Origin: Nemertoderma westbladi
Lineage: Eukaryota; Animalia; Xenacoelomorpha
NCBI GenBank assembly: GCA_032718475.1
Contig: JAUCBJ010007961.1
Location: 1-36,658, forward strand
Length of the DNA: 36,658 nucleotides
Reading direction: 5' to 3'
Of the stretch, positions 1 through 20,400 are shown piece after piece (positions within the stretch are counted from its first letter, which is position 1; each line of letters starts with the position of its first letter). The notes beneath the pieces are model-generated. The model was not told where the DNA came from. It was given only the letters and a program-made list of their open reading frames with translations, and ran no database searches. The translations under genes and the position numbers were made by a program.

Positions 1-666
1 TTGTATCATAGTTAAGTCGTATAGTAAATAGGTGGTGGTCTGTTATCACAATGTGCCTAATTAGCCAGGGATATAGAACCAGTCAGAGTGTGTGGTTTTG
101 GTTTGGCTTGGAGCCATTGAACTCTGACGAGTGCTGCCTATGTATGAGTATAATATTAATTATAAGTAATTGGTAGCCCGCCCAGACACTGCTAAGGGTC
201 TGGTTCTGGGTAGTTGACCGGAACTAACTTAATTATGCAACTGTACTCCTCCCAATTATTTTTATTTTTGGCGAAGCAACAGCAATTAACTTTACTTATT
301 ATATATATAGAAGGTCTGGGAAAGTAAAGTCCTTAATCTTATTTTTTGACTCTATTTTCGACGACTGCTAACTTTCTGTTAGGATATAAATTGAATATTT
401 TGTATACCGGTACAGTATAATTAAAGTCTAATAACTTCTACTTGATAACATTATATATAAAATCCGAGCACCAGCTATATAGACGAGAAATGTAATCTTA
501 TCAAATTCTAGTTTTCAACTTTCGTAATTTTATTAGAAAATGTATTTCATTATTTAATAATAATAAATGAATTGTTGTGGGGTGAGTGACGGTGAATAAG
601 AATTAAATATATATATAATGTAATAGAACAATATGATAATGCTCTCCATAGCGAAAAATATCAACC

Positions 667-755
667 GACCCTATTGGGGCTCGAACCCGGTACCTAGGTT
701 TCAAACTTCCGGTTATCATCAGACGGTTGTGTGTGCCCTAGACAATTAAGCTACC
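667..755 (-). mobile_element. tRNA-derived SINE-like head (degenerate)
   Basis: The minus strand reads GGTAGCTTAATTGTCTAG...CCGGGTTCGAGCCCC, i.e. Pol III A-box and B-box-like motifs. I cannot fold a clean cloverleaf, so a SINE is more likely than a tRNA. Confidence 0.45.
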
Positions 756-1564
756 AGAACAGATGAATAGTTTATTCGCTATGGTGTAGGATATCATATT
801 TTTGGCCTTTAACTAATCACTCAAAGTAGATTTTCGAATAAAGTTAACTATTCCAAGTCGTAATCACAACATTGTAATTCTAGATTCAGTTTCCTCGGGT
901 GGTGCACTACGGTTCTGTCCTTGTTCAGAAACGGAAAGTCAGGCGTCACAAAATTGAATTTGAACAATATTCGGATTTGAAAATGAATATGTGGCTGTTG
1001 TGTCCCCCAGTGCGGGGTGGTTCTGTGTGTGTGGGACTCAGATCCCACGAATACGGTCCCGTTAGCAGTTCGCCATACTCTTTCAATTACTATAAGAAAC
1101 TATTTTAACTTTGCTAATGGATTCCAAGTAAAATCCATTCTCTGTAATTCTTTAGTTCTTTCAGAGGTTGTAGATATTCGTAGTTCTTCTACACTTGAGT
1201 TCTTGTGTTGTATATACAATACAACACAACTTGTACCTCCTGGTGAGCTTTGAATGGATACATGAATGAAATCCATTAACAATCGCTGCTTGTTGTACGT
1301 TGCTAAAACTATAAAGACTATATAGTTAGTAGAGTGTAGGAATTTGTCATTGGTAGTTTTTTCAGAATAATTTTGCGAAGACAGGGAGGGCATTGCTTTC
1401 TTACGGTTTATATTTCAGTAAACTTCTTTCCCATTTGAATTTTTTATTATTTGTTGTGGACGTGGGTAGCAGTATTAAATAGTTTTGTTGTGGGGCGAGC
1501 CACGAAGTTGGCGGAGCCTTAGCGAATTGACACTGTTAGGGGGTGGGTCAATTTATGCAAATAG

Positions 1565-1631
1565 TTGTCGTCGTCGTCGTCGTCGTCGTTGTCGTCGTCG
1601 TCGTTGTCGTCGTCGTCGTTGTCGTCGTCGT
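1565..1631 (+). repeat. (GTC)n microsatellite with GTT interruptions
   Basis: Directly visible; it explains the poly-Arg ORF 1485..1682. Confidence 0.97.
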
Positions 1632-3270
1632 TACGATTTTGACATGCTAATAACTTTGTCGGATTTAAAGCTGCCAAGTTGAAAATTTGTAGGTATCAAT
1701 ATGAGCAAAAGTTGAGATTTTTGAGAGACTTTCAGACACCATCAGTGCAATGGTCTCCCGCTAGAGGGCCACATGTCTAAACATTAAATGCCCTCCCATT
1801 TCTTTGCTTTTAATCCGTTTAAGCTGAAACTTGGCAGATATGTATTAGACCATTAGCTGTGACTTTCAAAGGAGGCGAATCCATCTGCAGTTCTCCAGTC
1901 TGCCGCTAGAGGGCCAAAGGTCTGAAAGTGAAATCGTTGTCGTCGTTACGATTTTGACATGCTAATAACTTTGTCGGATTTAAAGCTGCCAAGTTGAAAA
2001 TTTGTAGGTATCAATATGAGCAAAAGTTGAGATTTTTGAGAGACTTTCAGACACCATCAGTGCAATGGTCTCCCGCTAGAGGGCCACATGTCTAAACATT
2101 AAATGGCCACCCATTTCTTTGCTTTTAATCCGTTTAAGCTGAAACTTGGGAAGTATGTACTAGACCATTAGCTGTAAATTTCAAAGGAGGCTAATCTGTC
2201 TGCAGTTCTCCAGTCTGCCGCTAGAGGGCGAAATGTCCCGAATGTGAAATTATTCTTCCATTTAGTTGTTTATGATCTGATTACGCTGAAACTTGTCATA
2301 TATGTACTAGATGACATCCTGAGTCTTTGTGTGGATTGTAATCGGTCCGAAGTTTTCCAGTCTGCCGGTAGAGGGCCACATGTCTAAACATTAAATGGCC
2401 ACCCATTTCTTTGCTTTTAATCCGTTTAAGCTGAAACTTGGGAAGTATGTACTAGACCATTAGCTGTAAATTTCAAAGGAGGCTAATCTGTCTGCAGCTC
2501 TCCAGTCTGCCGCTAGAGGGCGAAATGTCCCGAATGTGAAATTATTCTTCCATTTAGTTGTTTATGATCTGATTACGCTGAAACTTGTCATATATGTACT
2601 AGATGACATCCTGAGTCTTTGTGTGGATTGTAATCGGTCCGAAGTTTTCCAGTCTGCCGGTAGAGGGCCACATGTCTAAACATTAAATGGCCACCCATTT
2701 CTTTGCTTTTAATCCGTTTAAGCTGAAACTTGGGAAGTATGTACTAGACCATTAGCTGTAAATTTCAAAGGAGGCTAATCTGTCTGCAGTTCTCCAGTCT
2801 GCCGCTAGAGGGCAAAATGTCCCGAAAGTGAAATTAATCTCCCATTTAGTTATTTATGATCTGATCAAGCTGAAACTTGTCATATATGTACTAGAAGACA
2901 TCCTAAGTCTTTGTGTGGACAGTAATCGGTCCGGAGTTTTCGAGTCTGCCGCTAGAGGGCGAAATGTAGGAAAGTGATAACCTTCACGAATTCCTTGATC
3001 TTAATCTATTTAAGCTGAATTTTGGAATATACAGTACCGGTATGTACTAGACCACATGCCTCGTCTTTGTGAGGAAGGTGATCGATCCGTAGTTCTTTAA
3101 TATGCCGCTAGAGGGCTAAATGTATGAAAGTGAAAACCTTCCAACATTTCGTTATTTATGATCCGTCAATCGGAAACTTGGTAGATATGTAATAGACCAT
3201 AGGCTGTGGCTTTGTAGGGAAACTAATCCTTCCTTCTTCAGTTACCCAGTCTCCCGCTAGAGGGTTAACG
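1622..3270 (+). repeat. ~145-147-bp tandem repeat (11 units) with a 292-bp dimeric higher-order unit and a 315-bp duplication
   Basis: CCGCTAGAGGG(C) or CCGGTAGAGGGC at 1758, 1903, 2073, 2218, 2365, 2510, 2657, 2802, 2949, 3105 and 3254. AAGCTGAAACTTG-like motifs recur per unit. Near-identical 292-bp blocks start at 2073, 2365 and 2657. Confidence 0.92.
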
Positions 3271-3829
3271 TTTTCCGGGAAAATCTTCTCCTATGTTTTT
3301 ATAATCCTTTCGAGTTGATACTTAGCATTAACTCATTTCACGTGCTGCGCGAAGGCCCCACTTCGTGTTCGATTATATGCTGACTTATGAGTCCGATAGA
3401 TAATTCAGAACATCTAGTAGATAATACTAAGTATAAATATCATTGATGTCTTGTACATATAGCAGTTCCTACTTCGGAAATCAATAAATAAAGCAGGGCT
3501 AGTTCAGTGTGTTGAATGGCCCGCCTGCAATCTATGGGGTTTAGGTGTAGGTATACGAGCCCCACAAATCTAAGTTAAGCTAATTTAAGAGTCTTATAAA
3601 ATGAATCTCGCCTGCTATAATAGTCTAAAAAATCAATTAGAAAACAAAGTCCAGTTCATCATCAAGTTGACCATGCAATCCAATACATAGCCATATAACT
3701 AGCTTAGCTATATGTATATATTATTATGTGCAGTATCTATTCTCTATCATCGTTTGGAACTCAAAAATTAGTCATAATACACACACTTTCTTAAGATTCC
3801 TATTCTTCAAAACAGACAATTCTCAATAA

Positions 3830-4440
3830 ACTTATCCTGAATGATGGTCGTTGGACAAATGGATCTTTTGGCGGGAACCCTGGGGTAGGCAGATTTCAAT
3901 GTCTATTTGTCTTAATGGGAAGCTCGTGTACATTGGTTCTACCAGATTGCAGGTACACGTGTCGCGAACAATTATTATGACCCTGGATTGTCTCATTAGC
4001 GTAGATTGGAACTTGGATGTTTGTTGGACCACTAATTATCGTCTAGCTAGCTGTCGGTGGTACGCATTGTACTTAGGGTGGAAATTTATTTTCAATTACT
4101 GAACGAATTTTTAAATGTTAGTTGTTAAGATGGCAGTTGTGGAATGCTGTGTGATTTGAGACAGGTGGATTTCCAATAGTTGTAAGATGTTAAGCCAATT
4201 TTCAGATCTCAGAAATATAAGTGGTACAGTACTAATGTCTCCAGACATCGCCGCCAATTTTCAATTTCACCAACTTTAGATTAGTCAGAGTATCAAGCCA
4301 TTGACATTTAAGCAATAAAGTTGTGAACCAATGTTTTAAACCAAGTTAGTTACTTTGAAGCTAAAGAGATTAAATAACGCGGAGTAAATGAAGTACATTC
4401 ATGATTTCCATGCATTCCTGGCGACTTGAAAGATATACTG
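3830..4440 (-). pseudogene. Heavily decayed LINE reverse-transcriptase fragment
   Basis: Minus-strand peptides in the expected order, KSPGMHG, QHSTTAIL, RQSRV and LPQGS, resemble the RT motifs KSPGxDG, HSTxTAL and GVPQGS. Many stops and frameshifts. Confidence 0.4.
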
Positions 4441-4569
4441 GACAAAACAAAACAGACAACAGGAAACAAAACAGCTACAACCTACAACCGTGCGTGGAGG
4501 GTGAGAATTTCCACTGTCCGAGCCCGCTTGACCCTCGGGTAGTACTCGGAAGTAACTGAGCTATTGACA

Positions 4570-4907
4570 CTAGAACAAATCCGCCTCCGCTTTGTAGGAC
4601 ATTGTTTTCGCCGTGAGGAGCAGCCTGTGCACAATCTTGTACTTTGGCAGCCCCATGGAGAAAATAAGCATGGTGGACAGCCCATGACTTTCCTGTGGAC
4701 AAATGGACACTGGCCTTGGAGATGCGGATAGTCTCGCGAAAGTCATAGGGGATAGGGATTTGTTGCGGTGTAACTTTGTTGACAAGCCGGCATAGCATTC
4801 TTAATGCACGCTGCATTGGGCTTGCCAATTGTGGATTGCATGGTAAGCTGGCATAACATCTCAATGTGCAGTTTCAATGCAGCAGGCCGATTATAGTAGT
4901 AGTAGTA
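4570..4907 (+). mobile_element. 3' fragment of an RTE-clade LINE
   Basis: From 4579: IRLRFVGHCFRREEQPVHNLVLWQPHG, then after a frameshift DTGLGDADSLAKVIGDRDLL. This matches the RTE ORF C-terminal RLRxxGHxxR...LWxP...DR pattern. Ends in a (TAG)n tail at ~4894-4907. Confidence 0.75.
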
Positions 4908-5533
4908 TGAATTATATAGTCTGCTCCGTTAAATATGCGTTGCAGTCCTGTGAAGCAACTCGAGTGAGCGTTGTTGTTATAAGTGGAATTATTTTGAATT
5001 GATCGGTAAAAGAGCAATAAATTCCCTCTAATTTGCAACACAGTAGCATTCCGTCTAGGAGGCCCGGGCCAGACTTTCCAAGGCCGGTCACTCCAGAATT
5101 AGGCACCGTAAAATTCAGCCTTGGCCTTCTCATTCGTGGAAGCTCGCGCAGCGATTAAAAATAATAAAAATGTTCGGAATGCAGATAAACTGCAGGATTG
5201 ATTGGAAGAAAAGACCCTAGAGTTGTGAAGTGGACACCGATGTTACCTATTCGATGATTTATTATTAGAGAGGAGGGGGGATTATGAAGGTGTGAACGCT
5301 TCGGTGCTGGTGGAAGTTGTATTGATACGCTCTAAAGAGACGGGCGCGCTTACAGAAGGGTGATGTGCGCCCATTAGTGGAAGAAATGGACCCCATTGAG
5401 CAAGGTTAATCGGAGCATTGATACATAGTTGGGTATCGGTTACATGTGGCAATTCGTCAATGGATTAAAGCCTTATAAAATACCGGACCTTTGTCCAGTG
5501 TGCGTATAACAATAAGTTTGGGAACTGAGGTGT

Positions 5534-5590
5534 GGGCGTGGGGCTGATATAAAAGATGACAAATTCGCCCTTTTACTATTACTCATTTAT
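5534..5590 (+). promoter_or_regulatory. Candidate core promoter (GC box + TATA + Inr-like), possibly of the FGFR gene
   Basis: GGGCGTGGGG at 5534, TATAAAAG at 5548-5555, pyrimidine-rich Inr-like sequence ~30-37 bp downstream. The first coding exon begins with a splice acceptor, so an upstream non-coding exon is implied. Motif-level evidence only. Confidence 0.35.
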
Positions 5591-5727
5591 TTTTTCGGAG
5601 TTCATATTTATTTTGTAATATTTTGTCAACTTATCAGCGCTCTTGCGTTATCTTTGAAAAGTTCTACTTAGGAGAGGCCTATAGGGCGGAACACTGTAAA
5701 GTGAAAAAGTCTTGAGTATTCTCCAAG

Positions 5728-6722
5728 AACCAGAGTGGAATGGTTTACTGGGGAAGATCACCTATGGTGGTGAACAGGCATTCCTTTAGGAAACAGAGTG
5801 AAAGGGTTTACTGTGGAAGATCACCCATGGTAGTGAACAGGAATTCCTTTAGGAACCAGAGTGGAAGGGTTTACTAGGAAGATCACCCATGGTGGTGGAC
5901 CGGCATTCCTTTAGGAAACAGAGTGAAAGGGTTTACTGTGGAAGATCACCCATGGTAGTGAACAGGAATTCCTTTAGGAACCAGAGTGAAAGGGTTTACT
6001 GTGGAAGATCACCCATGGTAGTGAACAGGAATTCCTTTAGGAACCAGAGTGGAAGGGTTTACTAGGAAGATCACCCGTGGTGGTGAACAGGCATTCCTTT
6101 AGGAAACAGAGTGAAAGGGTTTACTGTGGAAGATCACCCATGGTAGTGAACAGGAATTCCTTTAGGAACCAGAGTGGAAGGGTTTACTAGGAAGATCACC
6201 CATGGTGGTGGACCGGCATTCCTTTAGGAAACAGAATGAAAGGGTTTACTGTGGAAGATCACCCATGGTAGTGAACAGGCATTCCTTTAGGAAACAGAGT
6301 GGAAGGGTTTACTGTGGAAGATCACCCATGTTGATGAACAGGCATTCCTTTATGAAACAGAATGGAAGGGTTTACTGTGTAAGTTCACGCGTGGTGGTGA
6401 ACAGGCATTCCTTTATGAATCAGAATGGAAGGGTTTACTGTGGAAGATCACTCATGGTGGTAAACAGGAATTCCTTTAGGAAACAGAGTGGAACTGTTTA
6501 CTGTGGAAGATCACCCATGGTGGTGAACAAGCATTCTTTTTGGAAACAGAGTGGAAGGATTTACTGAGGAAGATCACCTGTAGTGGTGAACAGGCATTCC
6601 TTTAGGAAACATCGTGGAAGGGTTTACTGTGGAAGATCACCCATGGTGGTGAACAGGCATTCTTTTAGGAAACAGAGTGGAAGGGTTTACTGTGGAAGAT
6701 CACTCATGATATGGTGAACAGG
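5728..6722 (+). repeat. 62-63-bp minisatellite, ~16 copies
   Basis: The unit AACAGAGTGGAAGGGTTTACTGTGGAAGATCACCCATGGTGGTGAACAGGCATTCCTTTAGGA is repeated in tandem; it explains the 21-aa-periodic ORF 6202..6567. Confidence 0.97.
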
Positions 6723-7653
6723 CTACTTAACGGGCCCAAAAAATCTCCCATTGATAATGTAAAAATTTCATGAATAAAAAAATCATTGTATGAAAATCAA
6801 AAGGGTACATTAGCGTTAATGACCATTGTTTATTTATGTAAGCCTCTCTCGCTCGGTACATAAATTCACTCGGGTCATAACACTGAAGTGTGCTACTTTT
6901 CACACAATGATGTAAATAGTTATTTTTTATTTTATGTTCAAATACCACCAAGCCAGACGCGACGTAATCTTACAGTGCCTAATTTATACGATGTGTCTGT
7001 ATTATTATTGTGTCGGTGATTGACCTAGCCTTCTTGCTATCTGTCTTTGTTCACCAGTTGAATCCGGAATACCGGGAAAATCACAAGACCCGGTCGACCT
7101 CTAAATCTAGTTAGCAAATACCAAACCAGTAGAAAATGCACCCCGTTTTATCTGTGCTAACTGTGCGGTAATTATCTGCTCTTATGTTTGCTCGGCAAAC
7201 AGGCCCGTGGCATGTGCAGTGCTGTGATGCTGCCTTACAGAGGTCCTGGATTGTACTCCTATGCGCAATCATACCATTGTGGAATAGGTCTATCCATGTA
7301 CATTATCCTTCTGTACATTAAACATGGGTTTGTTTGCAAACTTATCATCGTGGTGATCTTCCTTCTAAAAGTCAGTTATATGTAAAGCCAACTTATAATG
7401 CTACTTATTATTGACAGTTATATGTATTCATATCTCTCTACTAAATTATAAAGTGCATGTACCATAAGATATCAAGCCATATTACATGTACTCGTGACTA
7501 AATGGTGATTATTATAGATTATATACTTATTAACATTACTTTGATCCGTAATATTGCTTTTTACATTCATTATTATTTTTTGAGTCTCTTTAAAGATAAT
7601 ATTAATTGTCTCCTTCAGATTTTATCAATAACGTCCATTTTTCCTCTACAATA

Positions 7654-14410
<6,757 letters not shown>

Positions 14411-14417
<7 letters not shown>

Positions 14418-17400
14418 GTAAGTTGCTACATTATATAAGTTACTATAAAACATAACGATGTAAGTTGTTACATTATATAAGTTACTATATAATATAACCA
14501 TGTAAGTTGTTACATTATATAAGTTACTATATAATATAACTATGTATGCTATTACATTATATAAGTTACTATATAATATAACCATGTAAGTTGTTACATT
14601 ATATAAGTTACTATATAATATAACTATATATGCTATTACATTATATAAGTTACTATATATCATAACGATGTAAGTTGCTACATTATATAAGTTACTATAT
14701 AACTTAACGATGTAAGTTGTTACATTATATAAGTTACTATATTACATAACTATGTAAGTTGTTACATTATATAAGTTACTATATAATAAAACCATGTAAG
14801 TTGTTACATTATATAAGTTACTATATAATATAACTATGTATGCTATTACATTATATAAGTTACTATATATCATAACGATGTAAGTTGCTACATTATATAA
14901 GTTACTATATTACATAACTATGTAAGTTGTTACATTATATAAGTTACTATATATCATAACGATGTAAGTTGTTACATTATATAAGTTACTATATAATATA
15001 ACTATGTATGCTATTACATTATATAAGTTACTATATAATATAACCATGTAAGTTGTTACATTATATAAGTTACTATATAATATAACTATGTATGCTATTA
15101 CATTATATAAGTTACTATATATCATAACGATGTAAGTTGTTACATTATATAAGTTACTATATTACATAACTATGTAAGTTGTTACATTATATAAGTTACT
15201 ATATATCATAACGATGTAAGTTGCTACATTATATAAGTTACTATATTACATAACTATGTAAGTTGTTACATTATATAAGTTACTATATATCATAACGATG
15301 TAAGATGTTACATTATATAAGTTACTATATAATATAACTATGTATGCTATTACATTATATAAGTTACTATATAATATAACCATGTAAGTTGTTACATTAT
15401 ATAAGTTACTATATATCATAACGATGTAAGTTGTTACATTATATAAGTTACTATATAATATAACTATGTATGCTATTACATTATATAAGTTACTATATAA
15501 TATAACCATGTAAGTTGTTACTTTATATAAGTTACTATATATCATAACGATGTAAGTTGTTACATTATATAAGTTACTATATTACATAACTATGTAAGTT
15601 GTTACATTATATAAGTTACTATATAATATAACCATGTAAGTTGTTACATTATATAAGTTACTATATAATATAACTATGTATGCTATTACATTATATAAGT
15701 TACTATATATCATAACGATGTAAGTTGTTACATTATATAAGTTACTATATTACATAACTATGTAAGTTGTTACATTATATAAGTTACTATATAATATAAC
15801 CAAGTAAGTTGTTACATTATATAAGTTACTATATTACATAACTATGTAAGTTGTTACATTATATAAGTTACTATATAATATAACTATGTATGCTATTACA
15901 TTATATAAGTTACTATATAATATAACCAAGTAAGTTGTTACATTATATAAGTTACTATATTACATAACTATGTAAGTTGTTACATTATATAAGTTACTAT
16001 ATAATATAACTATGTATGCTATTACATTATATAAGTTACTATATAATATAACCATGTAAGTTGTTACATTATATAAGTTACTATATATCATAACGATGTA
16101 AGTTGTTACATTATATAAGTTACTATATTACATAACTATGTAAGTTGTTACATTATATAAGTTACTATATAATATAACCATGTAAGTTGTTACATTATAT
16201 AAGTTACTATATAATATAACTATGTATGCTATTACATTATATACGTTACTATATAATATAACCATGTAAGTTGTTACATTATATAAGTTACTATATATCA
16301 TAACGATGTAAGTTGTTACATTATATAAGTTACTATATTACATAACTATGTAAGTTGTTACATTATATAAGTTACTATATAATATAACCATGTAAGTTGT
16401 TACATTATATAAGTTACTATATAATATAACCATGTAAGTTGTTACATTATATAAGTTACTATATAATATAACTATGTATGCTATTACATTATATAAGTTA
16501 CTATATAATATAACCATGTAAGTTGTTACATTATATAAGTTACTATATAATATAACTATGTATGCTATTACATTATATAAGTTACTATATAATATAACCA
16601 TGTAAGTTGTTACATTATATAAGTTACTATATAATATAACCATGTAAGTTGTTACATTATATAAGTTACTATATAATATAACTATGTATGCTATTACATT
16701 ATATAAGTTACTATATAATATAACCATGTAAGTTGTTACATTATATAAGTTACTATATAATATAACTATGTATGCTATTACATTATATAAGTTACTATAT
16801 AATATAACCATGTAAGTTGTTACATTATATAAGTTACTATATATCATAACGATGTAAGTTGTTACATTATATAAGTTACTATATTACATAACTATGTAAG
16901 TTGTTACATTATATAAGTTACTATATAATATAACCATGTAAGTTGTTACATTATATAAGTTACTATATAATATAACTATGTATGCTATTACATTATATAA
17001 GTTACTATATAATATAACCATGTAAGTTGTTACATTATATAAGTTACTATATAATATAACTATGTATGCTATTACATTATATAAGTTACTATATATCATA
17101 ACGATGTAAGTTGTTACATTATATAAGTTACTATATTACATAACTATGTAAGTTGTTACATTATATAAGTTACTATATAATATAACCAAGTAAGTTGTTA
17201 CATTATATAAGTTACTATATATCATAACGATGTAAGTTGTTACATTATATAAGTTACTATATAATATAACTATGTATGCTATTACATTATATAAGTTACT
17301 ATATAATATAACCATGTAAGTTGCTACATTATATAAGTTACTATATTACATAACTATGTAAGTTGTTACATTATATAAGTTACTATATATCATAACGATG

Positions 17401-20400
17401 TAAGATGTTACATTATATAAGTTACTATATAATATAACTATGTATGCTATTACATTATATAAGTTACTATATAATATAACCATGTAAGTTGTTACATTAT
17501 ATAAGTTACTATATATCATAACGATGTAAGTTGTTACATTATATAAGTTACTATATAATATAACTATGTATGCTATTACATTATATAAGTTACTATATAA
17601 TATAACCATGTAAGTTGTTACTTTATATAAGTTACTATATATCATAACGATGTAAGTTGTTACATTATATAAGTTACTATATTACATAACTATGTAAGTT
17701 GTTACATTATATAAGTTACTATATAATATAACCATGTAAGTTGTTACATTATATAAGTTACTATATAATATAACTATGTATGCTATTACATTATATACGT
17801 TACTATATAATATAACCATGTAAGTTGTTACATTATATAAGTTACTATATATCATAACGATGTAAGTTGTTACATTATATAAGTTACTATATTACATAAC
17901 TATGTAAGTTGTTACATTATATAAGTTACTATATAATATAACCATGTAAGTTGTTACATTATATAAGTTACTATATAATATAACCATGTAAGTTGTTACA
18001 TTATATAAGTTACTATATAATATAACTATGTATGCTATTACATTATATAAGTTACTATATAATATAACCATGTAAGTTGTTACATTATATAAGTTACTAT
18101 ATAATATAACTATGTATGCTATTACATTATATAAGTTACTATATAATATAACCATGTAAGTTGTTACATTATATAAGTTACTATATAATATAACCATGTA
18201 AGTTGTTACATTATATAAGTTACTATATAATATAACTATGTATGCTATTACATTATATAAGTTACTATATAATATAACCATGTAAGTTGTTACATTATAT
18301 AAGTTACTATATAATATAACTATGTATGCTATTACATTATATAAGTTACTATATAATATAACCATGTAAGTTGTTACATTATATAAGTTACTATATATCA
18401 TAACGATGTAAGTTGTTACATTATATAAGTTACTATATTACATAACTATGTAAGTTGTTACATTATATAAGTTACTATATAATATAACCATGTAAGTTGT
18501 TACATTATATAAGTTACTATATAATATAACTATGTATGCTATTACATTATATAAGTTACTATATAATATAACCATGTAAGTTGTTACATTATATAAGTTA
18601 CTATATAATATAACTATGTATGCTATTACATTATATAAGTTACTATATATCATAACGATGTAAGTTGTTACATTATATAAGTTACTATATTACATAACTA
18701 TGTAAGTTGTTACATTATATAAGTTACTATATAATATAACCAAGTAAGTTGTTACATTATATAAGTTACTATATATCATAACGATGTAAGTTGTTACATT
18801 ATATAAGTTACTATATAATATAACTATGTATGCTATTACATTATATAAGTTACTATATAATATAACCATGTAAGTTGTTACATTATATAAGTTACTATAT
18901 ATCATAACGATGTAAGTTGTTACATTATATAAGTTACTATATAATATAACTATGTATGCTATTACATTATATAAGTTACTATATAATATAACCATGTAAG
19001 TTGTTACATTATATAAGTTACTATATATCATAACGATGTAAGTTGTTACATTATATAAGTTACTATATTACATAACTATGTAAGTTGTTACATTATATAA
19101 GTTACTATATAATATAACCATGTAAGTTGTTACATTATATAAGTTACTATATAATATAACTATGTATGCTATTACATTATATAAGTTACTATATAATATA
19201 ACCATGTAAGTTGTTACATTATATAAGTTACTATATAATATAACTATGTATGCTATTACATTATATAAGTTACTATATATCATAACGATGTAAGTTGTTA
19301 CATTATATAAGTTACTATATTACATAACTATGTAAGTTGTTACATTATATAAGTTACTATATAATATAACCATGTAAGTTGTTACATTATATAAGTTACT
19401 ATATATCATAACGATGTAAGTTGTTACATTATATAAGTTACTATATAATATAACCATGTAAGTTGTTACATTATATAAGTTACTATATAATATAACCATG
19501 TAAGTTGTTACATTATATTAGTTACTATATAATATAACTATGTATGCTATTACATTATATAAGTTACTATATAACATAACGATGTAAGTTGTTACATTAT
19601 ATAAGTTACTATATATCATAACGATGTAAGTTGTTACATTATATAAGTTACTATATTACATAACTATGTAAGTTGTTACATTATATAAGTTACTATATAA
19701 TATAACCAAGTAAGTTGTTACATTATATAAGTTACTATATAATATAACCATGTAAGTTGTTACATTATATAAGTTACTATATAATATAACTATGTATGCT
19801 ATTACATTATATAAGTTACTATATAATATAACCATGTAAGTTGTTACATTATAGAAGTTACTATATAATATAACTATGTATGCTATTACATTATATAAGT
19901 TACTATATAATATAACCATGTAAGTTGTTACATTATATAAGTTACTATATAACATAACGATGTAAGTTGTTACATTATATAAGTTACTATATAATATAAC
20001 TATGTATGCTATTACATTATATAAGTTACTATATAATATAACCATGTAAGTTGTTACATTATATAAGTTACTATATTTCATAACGATGTAAGTTGTTACA
20101 TTATATAAGTTACTATATTACACAACTATGTAAGTTGTTACATTATATAAGTTACTATAAAACATAACGATGTAAGTTGTTACATTATATAAGTTACTAT
20201 ATAACATAACGATGTAAGTTGTTACATTATATAAGTTACTATATAATATAACTATGTATGCTATTACATTATATAAGTTACTATATAATATAACCATGTA
20301 AGTTGTTACATTATATAAGTTACTATATATCATAACGATGTAAGTTGTTACATTATATAAGTTACTATATTACATAACTATGTAAGTTGTTACATTATAT

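Larger units (their letters stand above)
1484..3417 (+). mobile_element. Non-autonomous Helentron/HINE (DINE-1-like) rolling-circle element with internal tandem repeats
   Basis: 5' T-run then GTGGGGCGAGCCACGAAG; the 3' end carries the inverted counterparts GCCCCAC and CTTCGTG (~3356-3367), then an imperfect hairpin and CTAG-T (3414-3418). A (GTC)n microsatellite sits near the 5' end and ~146-bp tandem repeats in the centre, matching HINE architecture. No coding capacity. Confidence 0.65.

Noticed and set aside
667-755. Functional tRNA gene
   Set aside because: A/B boxes are present but there is no convincing acceptor or anticodon stem; treated as a SINE-like head.
848-1393. Short overlapping ORFs as a separate gene
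   Set aside because: No recognisable domain or convincing splice chain.
1485-1682. Arg/Cys-rich protamine-like ORF
   Set aside because: Produced by the (GTC)n microsatellite inside a non-autonomous element; TTG start.
6202-6567. 121-aa repetitive ORF
   Set aside because: Translation of the 63-bp minisatellite; the frame is broken by 62-bp units upstream.
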